Below, one piece after another: positions 19,592-29,196 of a DNA stretch of 63,013 bases. The translations under genes and the position numbers were made by a program. A model generated the notes under the pieces. It was given only the letters and a program-made list of their open reading frames with translations, had not been told where the DNA came from and searched no databases. Origin of the DNA: Synechococcales cyanobacterium (GTDB taxonomy: Bacteria > Cyanobacteriota > Cyanobacteriia > Leptolyngbyales > Leptolyngbyaceae); NCBI GenBank assembly GCA_043787035.1, contig JAYVVL010000285.1, forward strand, positions 1-63,013, in the 5' to 3' direction. Position 1 is the stretch's first letter. Every line of letters starts with the position of its first letter.

Positions 19592-20554
19592 TCAACTCTT
19601 CAGCCATTCAGCCACCAGCTCGGGACTCCGTTTAGCTGCAAAGACTTTGATGGCGTGGTAGCCGACTTTTTCGCGGAGACGGTAAATTTGCTTGATCGGC
19701 AGGTTCATATCTAGGGCGATCGCTTCTTGAGTTTTGCCTTGAAGGTAGAGCTGGAGCCACCGAACGGCGTCGCTGCCGACTTTATCGGTGAGGTAGAGGG
19801 CGAGGTTTTCGACGACAGCGGTACGGGCTTCTTGTTGCTCTTCGTGAGCTTGGTTGGCTTCGTGATAGGCTACGGCACTGGTGTCAAGCAGGCTGACGGT
19901 GCCCTCGGACTCGTCCCCCGAACCGATTTCTTCAGAGACTAGACGAATAAAGTCAGCGGTGGGAACCTGGGTCATACCCGCACGCTGGGACCGCCGCAAA
20001 TAATTGACAAAGCGATACATCAGCAGCGGCTGGTTCCGAATCGGACGCAGGCAATACTCTTCGGTCGTCGCCAGCATTAGAGCGTTGCGCAACCGTCGAT
20101 CGCCTGTGCATTGGCCGATCCAGGCGGTTTGCTGCTGGAGATAGGAATCTTGCTGCATGAGTTCCTGGATCACCTCTTGCAGAACATCTACCACCGATCG
20201 GGCGCGATCGCGGGACAGGGCAATCCAAGTTTTGATTTTGCTACGGATTAAGAACAATCCACTGAGGCGCTGGATTAAGTTCCGGTAGGCGCGTTCGGGC
20301 GGGATATTTAAATAGCGATCGACCAGAATGCGAAAGCGATAATCCATGGCGTTTTGGGCGATCTTGAGCTGGCCTTGTTCGAGTTCATCTAGGCGATCGG
20401 CCTTGTCTCCGATCAGCCACTGCAAAATTGCACTGTGGTGCGACACCGCTTGAGGCAACGTTTCGGTAAGCCGCGATCGCCAGGTTTCCATCACCTGTTG
20501 AGAGGCTGCAAAAGAAGAGGACGCTGCGGTTTGGGAGAATGGGGCGATCGTCAT
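19592..20554 (-). CDS. HetZ-related protein with sigma-70 region-4-like HTH
   Basis: 320 aa. The C-terminal HTH is GKTQEAIALDMNLPIKQIYRLREKVGYHAIKVF. The overall sequence resembles what I recall being annotated HetZ-related protein 2 in cyanobacteria. Needs an HMM check. Confidence 0.5.
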   Translation of the reverse strand: MTIAPFSQTAASSSFAASQQVMETWRSRLTETLPQAVSHHSAILQWLIGDKADRLDELEQGQLKIAQNAMDYRFRILVDRYLNIPPERAYRNLIQRLSGLFLIRSKIKTWIALSRDRARSVVDVLQEVIQELMQQDSYLQQQTAWIGQCTGDRRLRNALMLATTEEYCLRPIRNQPLLMYRFVNYLRRSQRAGMTQVPTADFIRLVSEEIGSGDESEGTVSLLDTSAVAYHEANQAHEEQQEARTAVVENLALYLTDKVGSDAVRWLQLYLQGKTQEAIALDMNLPIKQIYRLREKVGYHAIKVFAAKRSPELVAEWLKS

Positions 20555-20883
20555 GATGCAAGTCCTGCGTGTTCCAATCGAATGACGATCGCCTCTAGCC
20601 GTTCCAGGGTCTTGGTGTGAAGCGTGGTCAGGGTTTGGACCTCTTCACTGAGGGCAAAAATCTGATAGCCCTGCTGCTGGACCTGCTGCGTTAGCTCATT
20701 GAGGCGTTCTGCTACGCAGTCTACGGTATCCGTACTGGCCAAAACCGCATCGCCAATTTGCAGGACCACCGATTCTAGAGTGGGCTTCTGAGGGGCGGGG
20801 TTATAGAGGTTTGGGGAGCTATCGGCGGGTGGAGTTGCAGAAAAAGTGGCTTTGATCATAGGACTAGCAGATGACGAGGGCAA
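20551..20883 (-). CDS. Hypothetical 110-aa protein, translationally coupled to the HetZ-related gene
   Basis: Its stop overlaps the downstream ATG (4-nt ATGA overlap at 20551-20554). Disordered N-terminus and coiled-coil-like C-terminus. Confidence 0.45.
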   Translation of the reverse strand: MPSSSASPMIKATFSATPPADSSPNLYNPAPQKPTLESVVLQIGDAVLASTDTVDCVAERLNELTQQVQQQGYQIFALSEEVQTLTTLHTKTLERLEAIVIRLEHAGLAS

Positions 20884-20904
20884 CAGGTTGAAGAAAACCT
20901 TAGC

Positions 20905-20943
20905 TCAATGAGAGATTAGGCCATTCCGGTAATCTCTCATTGA
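20905..20943. other. Perfect 14-bp inverted repeat hairpin
   Basis: tcaatgagagatta (20905-20918), loop ggccattccgg, taatctctcattga (20930-20943). It lies between the galE 3' end and the start of the 110-aa ORF. Confidence 0.6.
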
Positions 20944-21127
20944 TGTAAAACTTGCTTCAATCTTAGAGGGTTTTAGAACCGCAAGGCTTAATCTTATGCG
21001 CTTCTGTAGGTTCAGCTCAAATCATGGGTTTTAAAGCGGTTCCCTACATGGGCGCACAACTTTAGTCGCCACCCGCCCTGAATTTAGAATTGCTGCTTTT
21101 AAATTGTGCGTGCGCTGAGTCTCGGGT

Positions 21128-22129
21128 CTAAGCTTTGCCCCCGTGACGCTTTAAATGCCATGTCCAGGCATGGGTCAAGATAGCCGTGAGGTCCGCGTAC
21201 TGAGGATCCCAGCCGAGGATTTGTCTGGCCCGATCGCCGCTGCCCACCAGAGCGGGTGGATCGCCTGCGCGCCGAGGTTTTTCCTCAGCTTTAATCTCCC
21301 GTCCGGTGACGATACGTGCGGTCTCGATGACTTCTTTGACAGAGAAGCCGCTGCCGTTGCCTAAGTTGAAGCGATCGCTCTTCCCACCTTGGAGCAAATA
21401 TTCCAGCCCTAGGAGATGAGCCGCCGCCAAATCCATCACGTGAATATAATCCCGAACGCAGGTGCCATCCGGCGTGTCGTAGTCGGCTCCTAAAATTGAG
21501 ACAGACTCTTGCTGACCTAGGGCCGTGAAGAGGACCAGCGGGATTAAGTGCGTTTCAGGCTGATGGTCTTCGCCTAAGCGACCTTGGGGATCGGCTCCGG
21601 CGGCGTTGAAGTAGCGGAAGGCCACCGATCGAATCCCATAGGCCGGATCAAAGTCGGCCAAAATCCGCTCGACCATCAGCTTGGTCGCTCCGTAGGGATT
21701 GATTGGGTTTTGGGGATGGTCTTCGGGAATCGGGACGATCGTCGGGACGCCGTAAGTAGCGCAAGTGGAGGAGAAGACAAAGTTCTTTATTCCTGCGTGG
21801 TTCATGGCTTCGAGCAGCGTTAGAGTTCCAACGACGTTGTTGCGATAGTACTTGTCTGGTGCAGTTACGGATTCACCGACGTAGGCATAGGCTGCAAAGT
21901 GCATCACGGCATCGAACTGATGGATCTCGAACAACCGATCGAGGAAGGCGCGATCGTTGGTATCGCCCACAACAAGTTCGACCTTGAGGACAGATTCTAC
22001 GAGATCCGAATGGCCATAGACGAGGTTGTCGAGCACCACCACGTCGTAGCCCGCGTCTTTGAGAGCCAATACAGTGTGGGATCCGATGTAACCTGCTCCG
22101 CCTGTGACGAGAATTTTTGCTTTTTGCAT
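21128..22129 (-). CDS. galE: UDP-glucose 4-epimerase
   Basis: 333 aa with GGAGYIGSH NAD-binding motif, the YGATK catalytic Y-x3-K and an extended-SDR C-terminus. Confidence 0.9.
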   Translation of the reverse strand: MQKAKILVTGGAGYIGSHTVLALKDAGYDVVVLDNLVYGHSDLVESVLKVELVVGDTNDRAFLDRLFEIHQFDAVMHFAAYAYVGESVTAPDKYYRNNVVGTLTLLEAMNHAGIKNFVFSSTCATYGVPTIVPIPEDHPQNPINPYGATKLMVERILADFDPAYGIRSVAFRYFNAAGADPQGRLGEDHQPETHLIPLVLFTALGQQESVSILGADYDTPDGTCVRDYIHVMDLAAAHLLGLEYLLQGGKSDRFNLGNGSGFSVKEVIETARIVTGREIKAEEKPRRAGDPPALVGSGDRARQILGWDPQYADLTAILTHAWTWHLKRHGGKA

Positions 22130-22486
22130 GTGGTTTTGACTCCCATTTGCTGAATAGTCTTTGCTGGATGGTCCTTGAGTCCTTAATTCATAGCACCCCT
22201 TTTAAGAACTCCTTGGGGTAGAGAATTTCTTGTGTTCAAGTCTTCATGTTCGAGGCGCTGCGATCGAAATTAATTTGTGATAAACATTTATCAATCCTGC
22301 ACATTGACCGGGCAGGCTCGAACAGGTGCTGTGTCAGAAAACTTCTGCAAGTGTAAATTTTTTGAGTACAATCCAGTCTCCGGATTATGTCGTCACAGCT
22401 GAAACGGCTAAATCAAGGGTGTGTCTTACCGGAAAATGGCACAGGTCTAAAACGAGGTTTTCACAGCAACTGAAGGGAATGGCCGA

Positions 22487-23677
22487 ATGGTTTTATTGGT
22501 TACTGACGTTTTTTTATTATTGACTCAAGTTCTCCTCTGGGTTTTAGTGGGGCTTGCAGCTCGATTTGTGTTGTTTAAAGCTTTACCGAGAGTTTTCCTA
22601 GGTGGTCTTGTTATAGCGCTTCTAGTTGCTGTGACGGCACTGACCTTTTTTAAGGGTGCGCCAGAAACGGGCTTATTGGGCGATGTTTGGCAAATCCTAT
22701 CGGTGATTCTCAATCCTTTTGGACTGGTTATTATTTTGCTTTGCGTCGTATGGCGTGATGTGGAAAGTGGGGGCAAGTTCAACAAGGTGGTGTTGCGCAT
22801 TGGGGTGGCGTCGCTACTTATTTTCAGTTTGCCGATCGTCTCTAACTTCCTAGCCCAGCGAACGGAAATGGAAGCGGTGCAAATTATGCAAGAAGCCCCG
22901 CCGCTCAATAATGGTGCCCAGCGTGTCATTGTCTTAATGGGCCAAAATACGACGCGGTTAAAACTGCGTCCTCGAACCGAAGCTGCGCCTGCTGAAAAAA
23001 AGGTCGATCGAAATGGCATTTTGCCTCCCCCGGAGCCAATTTCGGAGAGTAAGTTCAGCATGTTGACGAATTTGCCGCTTCAATTGACGGAACAGGGCGA
23101 TCGGATTTTAGAAGCGGCTCAGCTTTTTAATTCAGAAAGGGGTAATAATCCAGTGCTGATTATTAGTGCTGGAAGACGGATCGATCGGGTGGAGAAAAAA
23201 GACGAGAAAAAGGAAAATATCTCCGAGGCGGCGGATATTAGCAGGCTGCTTCAGTCACAGTTTGGAATTCCGGGAACGGCGATTATCCAAGATGATGACA
23301 GTCGGACGGTGATCGAGGCGGCGCAAAATGTTCGTAAGATTTTGGAGACCCGTAATATTCGTTACGGCAACCAAATTATGGTGGTGACGTCGGCCATTGA
23401 AGCTAGCCGGACAGCACTGACGTTTGCGCGGGAAATTGCGCCTGATGGTCAAGGGGTGACGATTATTTCGCGCCCGACGGACTTCTACACCATTCCGCCA
23501 GCGGCGTCCCTTGCAAACCGGGCTAAGAATGCGGATTTGATCGAACGAAATTTCATGGTGTCGGATTTGATGCCGAATGTGGATTCGTTGCAGTTAAGTA
23601 CGAAGGTCATTAGTGAGGCGATGACGTCGCTATACTACTTCCTGCGTGGCTGGATTCGTCCGTTGAGAGCGGGTTAA
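22487..23677 (+). CDS. Membrane protein with YdcF/DUF218 (SanA/ElyC-like) domain
   Basis: Four N-terminal TM segments, then a DUF218-like region (VLIISAGRR..., IMVVTSAIEASRTALTF). Confidence 0.65.
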   Translation: MVLLVTDVFLLLTQVLLWVLVGLAARFVLFKALPRVFLGGLVIALLVAVTALTFFKGAPETGLLGDVWQILSVILNPFGLVIILLCVVWRDVESGGKFNKVVLRIGVASLLIFSLPIVSNFLAQRTEMEAVQIMQEAPPLNNGAQRVIVLMGQNTTRLKLRPRTEAAPAEKKVDRNGILPPPEPISESKFSMLTNLPLQLTEQGDRILEAAQLFNSERGNNPVLIISAGRRIDRVEKKDEKKENISEAADISRLLQSQFGIPGTAIIQDDDSRTVIEAAQNVRKILETRNIRYGNQIMVVTSAIEASRTALTFAREIAPDGQGVTIISRPTDFYTIPPAASLANRAKNADLIERNFMVSDLMPNVDSLQLSTKVISEAMTSLYYFLRGWIRPLRAG

Positions 23678-23699
23678 CCCGTCAGGCTATGTTCTTGTC

Positions 23700-23746
23700 A
23701 AAAGCGATCGATTGCTCTTCTATAAGGAATCGATCGCTTTTTTGTT
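23700..23746. terminator. Bidirectional intrinsic terminator between convergent genes
   Basis: aaagcgatcgatt (23701-23713), 14-nt loop, aatcgatcgcttt (23728-23740). The stem is a perfect 13 bp, preceded by an A-run and followed by a T-run (tttgttt). Confidence 0.6.
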
Positions 23747-23760
23747 TAAGCTTTAGGCCG

Positions 23761-24420
23761 TTATCCGAGCCGATTGAGAGTAATTCTGGCCGCTTCGGAG
23801 ACGTTGGAATGCGGGTCTTTGGCTAGATATCGCAGGGCCGATCGACTTTTTTCGCAGTCTAGGTTTCCTAAGGCTTCGGCTAGGCGTTGACGAACGAGCC
23901 AGTCCTCGGAGGTGATGAAGTTCAATATTTTATCAACAGCATCCATGGCTCCAATTTCACCTAGGGCGGCGATCGCGGCTTGTTGGATAACGACTTCTTT
24001 GCTGTCTAAAGCTTGAATCAGCGTATTTTTAGCCCGTGGGTCTTTTAGGTTTCCGAGCGACACGGCGGCACTAAACCGAACCAGCCAATCGGCATCGTCA
24101 TAAAATGCGCGCGTCAAGGGTTCAAGTGCTCGAATATCTTCAAGGTAGCCCAGTGCTCCAGCGGCATCGGCTCGAACCCCATAGTCGGGTTCGTTTCGGA
24201 GTAAATCCAGCAAAATATCCAGGGTTTCATCGGTCTTCTTCATGCCTAATGCAAAAATCGCCATCGATCGCACCTGCTGATTAGCATCCTGTAATCCCTT
24301 CTTGATGATAGGTAAGGCCAAATCTGCATCTACATCCCGAAGCGATGCCAGCGCCAATTTTCGGTCCTTAAGTTCGGGGCTGTCCATCTGACGCAGGAGA
24401 CTGTCTAGGTTCGATGACAT
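23761..24420 (-). CDS. PBS-lyase-type HEAT-repeat protein (CpcE/NblB family)
   Basis: 219 aa of tandem HEAT-like repeats (VRSMAIFALG, VRADAAGALG, VRFSAAVSLG, IQQAAIAALG, VRQRLAEALG). Confidence 0.8.
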   Translation of the reverse strand: MSSNLDSLLRQMDSPELKDRKLALASLRDVDADLALPIIKKGLQDANQQVRSMAIFALGMKKTDETLDILLDLLRNEPDYGVRADAAGALGYLEDIRALEPLTRAFYDDADWLVRFSAAVSLGNLKDPRAKNTLIQALDSKEVVIQQAAIAALGEIGAMDAVDKILNFITSEDWLVRQRLAEALGNLDCEKSRSALRYLAKDPHSNVSEAARITLNRLG

Positions 24421-24433
24421 AAGGTGAGGAGTC

Positions 24434-24637
24434 CTATGAGATTTCGCGTTGCACTTTGGCGAGAAATTCGGGATAGTTATCGAGATCTTCGGGTGAGTCG
24501 AGGGCGGGGCAGATGACCCAGTTGGGTTCGTGAGCGATGCGCTGGATGTAGGCGCTCATGGCGGCGGAGTCGGTTCGATGCTCTAGGAGATAGCTTTTGA
24601 GCGAAGAACGATTCATGGATTCAAATTCAGGCGTCAT
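24434..24637 (-). CDS. Small conserved cyanobacterial protein (DUF6887-like, from memory)
   Basis: MTPEFESMNRSSLKSYLLEHRTDSAAMSAYIQRI... The ATG at 24637 overlaps the upstream gene's TGA (ATGA). Confidence 0.5.
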   Translation of the reverse strand: MTPEFESMNRSSLKSYLLEHRTDSAAMSAYIQRIAHEPNWVICPALDSPEDLDNYPEFLAKVQREIS

Positions 24638-24828
24638 TTTTGAAATCTCCATTGACCATCGGGATAAATCAGTATTTCGGTTTCATCACCTGCCAAGATA
24701 AAAATCGATCGGGATTTCTCATCAAAGCAGACGATCGAGAGCGATCGATACATCAACGTTAGTCGTTGACACAGATCAAAGCAAGTTTTTAGCTGTGCGA
24801 CGGTAGGAATTTTAATACTCCCTGACAT
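24634..24828 (-). CDS. Small conserved cyanobacterial protein (DUF6888-like, from memory)
   Basis: 64 aa: PTVAQLKTCFDLCQRLTLMYRSLSIVCFDEKSRSIFILAGDETEILIYPDGQWRF. First gene of a three-gene string with the 67-aa ORF and the HEAT-repeat gene. Confidence 0.5.
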   Translation of the reverse strand: MSGSIKIPTVAQLKTCFDLCQRLTLMYRSLSIVCFDEKSRSIFILAGDETEILIYPDGQWRFQK

Positions 24829-24880
24829 TTAAGGTTGAACTCTAAACTAGTCTACCCGGTCCGGAAAAGTGTGAGACAGA

Positions 24881-24910
24881 TTTTGGGATGACGGCTTTTG
24901 GGATGACGGT
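24881..24910. repeat. 15-bp tandem direct repeat (2 copies)
   Basis: ttttgggatgacggc followed by ttttgggatgacggt, read directly. Confidence 0.9.
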
Positions 24911-25047
24911 GGCGATCGAAAAGCCTAGGAAGAAGGTCGATCGTTTTTAAGCCTTCAGATCCATATCTATTTGCAAGTCAGTCTAGTTCCTACTTTTGGC
25001 ATCTTAGGCAGACTAGCGAAATTCTTTGTCCTGGGATATGCTGATTT

Positions 25048-25167
25048 TGTCGGTATAAAATCCAAATTTAGGTACTTAGGTAGATAATCTGTCGGTCTAA
25101 GATCCTAAAAGTCAGATTTGTGCGGAAAATATTCAGTCTAAGATCCGGTCTTGGGTACTTAAGCAGA
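25048..25167. promoter_or_regulatory. Interleaved repeated boxes upstream of the O-methyltransferase gene
   Basis: Box A: tgtcggtataaaatcc (25048-25063), tgtcggtctaagatcc (25090-25105), gtctaagatcc (25136-25146). Box B: ggtacttaggtaga (25071-25084), ggtacttaagcaga (25154-25167). They lie 130-250 nt upstream of ATG 25295. A regulatory role is inferred only. Confidence 0.35.
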
Positions 25168-25294
25168 AAGTTATCCATTTATATAATTGTTAGCCTGACA
25201 AGACAAGCAGGGTTTTAAGAAATTTATTGAGTCTTTGTACATTTGTCATGGAGGATCTAAAGTACCCTTGTACACAAGTTTGAAATACAAAACT

Positions 25295-26353
25295 ATGAAA
25301 GCATCGTCTCAACTCGAAACTACTACGTCGTCACAGGTTATTGAATCGCCTCCACCCCAAATGATCATGATGCAGATGATCATGGGCTACTGGGTGTCGC
25401 AATCTATTTACGCAGCGGCCAAACTTGAAATTGCTGATCATTTAGCTAATGGCGAAAAGAGTTACCAAGAACTGGCAATGGCAACCAGCACAAATGAGCA
25501 GTCTCTCTATCGCGTGTTGCGGGCACTGGCCAGTGTAGGAATCTTTGCCGAAACGTCAGTGGGGAAATTTGCCATGACACCATTGTCAGCTTTCCTCCAG
25601 AGTGATACTCCCAGTTCATTGCAAGATTTGTCGATCATGATGGGCGATCGCGAGCACTATGGCAGTTGGGGCAACATTTTGCATACCGTCAAGACTGGCG
25701 ACAGCGGATTTGAACAACTCTTTGGCATGAATGTGTTTGAATATTATGCTCAGAATCCTGAACCCGCTGACATTTTTGATCGGGCAATGACTAGTTTTTC
25801 TAGCATTGAAAATGCAGCCGTGAGTTCGGATTATGACTTTTCATCTATTCGTACTCTGGTGGATGTGGCAGGCGGTCATGGTAGTCTGCTGACTTCTATC
25901 CTGCAAGCCAATCCCAGTATGAGTGGGATTTTGTTTGACGTTCCAGATGTGATTGAGCGGGCAAAGGCTCACATGGCAACCAGTGGAGTGAGCGATCGCT
26001 GTCAGTTGGTGAGCGGCAGCTTTTTTGAATCCGTTCCTGGTGGAGCTGACGCGTATATTCTCAAACATATTATTCATGACTGGGACGATGAACGGGCAGT
26101 AGCCATTCTAAAACAATGCCATCGGGCAATGGCAGACAACGGCAGAGTTCTGGTTGTGGAGCAAGTAATTCCTCCTGGCAACGATCCCTTTATAGGAAAG
26201 TTTCTGGATGTCAATATGTTAGTGATGTGTCCTGGTGGCAAGGAACGCACATCTGAGGAATTCCGTATTCTATTTGCTAAATCTGGATTTAACATGACCA
26301 AAATTGTACCCACCCAAGGCATTGTCAGCGTTGTCGAAGGTATACGGATGTAA
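25295..26353 (+). CDS. Class I SAM-dependent O-methyltransferase (plant-type OMT with dimerisation domain)
   Basis: N-terminal winged-helix dimerisation region (GYWVSQSIYAAAKLEIADHL), SAM motif LVDVAGGHGSLL and the C-terminal block YILKHIIHDWDDE. The start is chosen at the MKASSQ ATG inside the longer track ORF. Confidence 0.85.
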   Translation: MKASSQLETTTSSQVIESPPPQMIMMQMIMGYWVSQSIYAAAKLEIADHLANGEKSYQELAMATSTNEQSLYRVLRALASVGIFAETSVGKFAMTPLSAFLQSDTPSSLQDLSIMMGDREHYGSWGNILHTVKTGDSGFEQLFGMNVFEYYAQNPEPADIFDRAMTSFSSIENAAVSSDYDFSSIRTLVDVAGGHGSLLTSILQANPSMSGILFDVPDVIERAKAHMATSGVSDRCQLVSGSFFESVPGGADAYILKHIIHDWDDERAVAILKQCHRAMADNGRVLVVEQVIPPGNDPFIGKFLDVNMLVMCPGGKERTSEEFRILFAKSGFNMTKIVPTQGIVSVVEGIRM

Positions 26354-26484
26354 CCAGTTTCGCAGTCTAACAATGCCCATGCACGCCGACCGCTGAGAGG
26401 TTATCGATGGGAGTACAAGGTAGTCGCGGGTGATGGGCAACGTTAGCTTGCTCTAAAATAGTTCTTTTTACGCCATTGCTGGGG

Positions 26485-27513
26485 TCAAGCCATATGCCAA
26501 GTCATTTCTTGACCTGCCCGCAAGGGCACAAGTGCCGATTCCGTAAATGGAATTTCATCGGGAACACGCCAAGTCGTTTTGGTCAACGTAATGTGTTCAG
26601 TATTGCGTGGAAGTTGATAGAAATCTGGACCATAGAAGCTGGCGAAAGCTTCAAGTTTATCGAGGGCATCGACACTCTCAAACGCTTCTGCATACAGCTC
26701 CATCGCATGCAGAGCCGAATAGCAGCCTGCACAACCACAAGAACTTTCTTTGCTATCCCGAGGATGGGGGGCGCTATCAGTGCCTAGAAAAAACTTAGGA
26801 CTACCGGAGGTTGCTGCTCGCAAAAGGGCTGATCGATGCTCCTCTCGTTTCAAAATGGGCAGGCAGTAAAAATGGGGGGAAATGCCACCCTGGAACAGGC
26901 TATTGCGGTTGAATAGCAAATGCTGTGGCGTGATGGTTGCCGCAATGTTATTTGCAGATAGAACATACTGCACCGCGTCTGAGGTTGTAATGTGCTCAAG
27001 GACTACGCGCAGGTTAGGAAATCGTTGCTTGAGAGGGATCAAATGTCGCTCGATAAACACCTTCTCGCGATCGAACATATCAACATTGTGATCGGTCACT
27101 TCGCCGTGCAGAAGTAAAGGTAGGTCTACCTGCTGCATTGCTTCAAAGACGCGATCGCACTTGCGAATGTCCGTCACCCCAAGATCTGAATTGGTCGTTG
27201 CCCCGGCTGGATAGTACTTGACCGCTTTAACAAACTGAGAGGCTTTCGCCGCGATGATTTCTTCGGGGCTGGTGTTGTCGGTGAGGTAGAGCGTCATCAG
27301 TGGCTCGAATTGTTGACCCTCTGGAACTGCTGCAAGAATGCGATCGCGGTAGGCTACTGCATCAGTGACCGAACGTACTGGAGGCTTTAAATTTGGCATA
27401 ATAATCGCGCGGGCAAACTGGCGCACCGTATGCGGCAGAACCGCTTTCAATGCCGCGCCGTCGCGTAGATGGAGATGCCAGTCATCAGGTCGGGTAATCG
27501 TGAGCTTTTGCAT
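26485..27513 (-). CDS. pyrC: Dihydroorotase (class II, E. coli type)
   Basis: 342 aa. [19 protein letters not shown] metal-binding start, and collinear with E. coli PyrC. Confidence 0.93.
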   Translation of the reverse strand: MQKLTITRPDDWHLHLRDGAALKAVLPHTVRQFARAIIMPNLKPPVRSVTDAVAYRDRILAAVPEGQQFEPLMTLYLTDNTSPEEIIAAKASQFVKAVKYYPAGATTNSDLGVTDIRKCDRVFEAMQQVDLPLLLHGEVTDHNVDMFDREKVFIERHLIPLKQRFPNLRVVLEHITTSDAVQYVLSANNIAATITPQHLLFNRNSLFQGGISPHFYCLPILKREEHRSALLRAATSGSPKFFLGTDSAPHPRDSKESSCGCAGCYSALHAMELYAEAFESVDALDKLEAFASFYGPDFYQLPRNTEHITLTKTTWRVPDEIPFTESALVPLRAGQEMTWHMA

Positions 27514-28006
27514 GCTTCAATTATAAAACCACTAGTGCTTTAGAAAGACACACGCTAACAACATCCAGCATCAGGTCGTACGCGATCTGGGCGGAGCCGT
27601 GCTTGTTGATGAGCACGTTGGTCACCGTTTCACCATTGAGCATGGCTTGATTCAAGCGATGGAAGTCTGTCCACTTCCATCGTCTGACCTCGGTGCCTAG
27701 CCCTACGCGGTTGTCATAACTATTACAATTGCTAGTGATGTTGCTTTTGTTTCAACAGATGTGACTTTAGAATCTATCTTCTTTTTTAACAAGCATCGTC
27801 ACCCGATCGCCTATGGCCTGCGCTACTCCTCGACTTTGCTCTGGCTTTCGGCGGGTGAGCTTGGTCATCAGATAGACCATGAACTCAGCGATCAAATCAA
27901 GTATTCCACTTGCTGAAAATTACAGGAAGAAATTGAAGTTCATCTCTCGATCGCGTCAGGATAACCTGACGACCTCTGAAAATCCCACAGCAATCCACTC
28001 CCAACC

Positions 28007-28258
28007 ATGCAAATCAGATGGACAAAACACGCCGAGGAGCGACAACAACAATGGCAGCAAAAACTGGACATCACCCGCGAAGAAATCGAAGCCATCCTAA
28101 CCAACCCCCAACAAATCATCACCGAAGATAATGCCCTCATTGCTCAATCCATCCGAGGCAACGGTCTCCTAAGAATCGTCTTCGCCGACTTCGGCGACAC
28201 CCAAAAAATCATCACACTCTACTGGACCAACCAAATCAGCTGCTACTGGCAGGAGTAA
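28007..28258 (+). CDS. DUF4258-like small protein (putative toxin)
   Basis: 83 aa: MQIRWTKHAEERQQQW...ITREEIEAILTNP...IITLYWTN. Followed after 4 nt by a DUF2283-like gene, which is a common pairing. Confidence 0.65.
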   Translation: MQIRWTKHAEERQQQWQQKLDITREEIEAILTNPQQIITEDNALIAQSIRGNGLLRIVFADFGDTQKIITLYWTNQISCYWQE

Positions 28259-28262
28259 CGCT

Positions 28263-28463
28263 ATGAAAGTCAAATACGATGCCGAATCCGACATTCTCAT
28301 GTTCATCATGCTTGACCAGCCCCCCAGCGACGCCATTTCTGAACCCGGTGGCGTCATCGTCAGCTACAACGACAACAACGAACCCATCAGCATCGAATTT
28401 CTCAACGCCTCAAAACGGCAACTCTTTAATCCCGCAGAAATGAATCTGACAATTTCAACCTAA
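28263..28463 (+). CDS. DUF2283-like small protein (putative antitoxin)
   Basis: MKVKYDAESDILMFIMLDQPPSDAISEPGGVIVSYNDNNEPISIEFLNASKR is the typical DUF2283 pattern. Confidence 0.7.
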   Translation: MKVKYDAESDILMFIMLDQPPSDAISEPGGVIVSYNDNNEPISIEFLNASKRQLFNPAEMNLTIST

Positions 28464-28507
28464 AATTTAGAGAAATAGTTTCAGACCGATCGCCCCAAAA
28501 AACAGAT

Positions 28508-29061
28508 TTGCAAGTTTTACCGAAGCCCATCACATTTGATCAGTTCGTGGCTTGGTATCCAGACCGATCGGAATTTCGCTATGAGTTACGTCGAGGAGTC
28601 ATAATCCACTTGCCAAAACCCAAAGGGAAACATTCGGTGTTGGCAGGTGACTTGGCAGCAGATTTGAATCTGGAAATTCGGCAGCGGAGTCTTCCCTATA
28701 CGGTTCCGAAAGAATGCGTCATTAAAGTCTCGGATGACACAGGATATGAGCCGGATGTGATTGTCCTCTCCAAACTGGACGGTCGGATACTGTTATGAAT
28801 GCTATTGCGATCGTTGAAGTGTTATCGACTTCGACTCAAGATTATGACCGAGGTGGAAAGTTTGTGGCATACCGATCGATGCCTGACTTCCAAGATTATG
28901 TCCTTGTAAACCAAACCAAAACCTATGTCGAACATTACCAAAAAACAGCGTCTAATCAATGGTTGCTTACAGTTCATACTGACGAAACCGATCGCATTAG
29001 CCTTAAGAGCTGTGGAATCACAATTGTCATTGCTGATTTGTATGAAGGCATAGATCTATAA
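28508..29061 (+). pseudogene. Uma2-family (DUF820) endonuclease split by a frameshift
   Basis: The N-terminal half (KGKHSVLAGDLAADL...GYEPDVIVL) ends at 28798. The C-terminal half (IVEVLSTSTQDYDRGGKFVAYRSMPDFQDYVLVNQ) continues in another frame from 28795. Together they match the intact paralogue at 39903-40466. Confidence 0.75.
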
Positions 29062-29196
29062 CAAAACAGCAGTATGGTTTGCCGAAGTGACCGAGCCGTT
29101 TCCTCGATCGGCGTAGTTGTAACCTCAACGCCTATCCAAAGCCTCCATCGGTCATGCGATGATAACAATAATTACCCGCTGGCCCCAGGCACCGAA

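Noticed and set aside
27545-27900. Two minus-strand ORF fragments (..DLIAEFMVYLMTKLTRRKPEQSRGVAQAIGDRV.. and ..GLGTEVRRWKWTDFHRLNQAMLNGETVTNVLINKHG..) considered as a tyrosine-recombinase relic
   Set aside because: The resemblance to integrase SAM-like and catalytic-core blocks is weak by eye, with no R..HxxR..Y elements. Only a profile search could decide.
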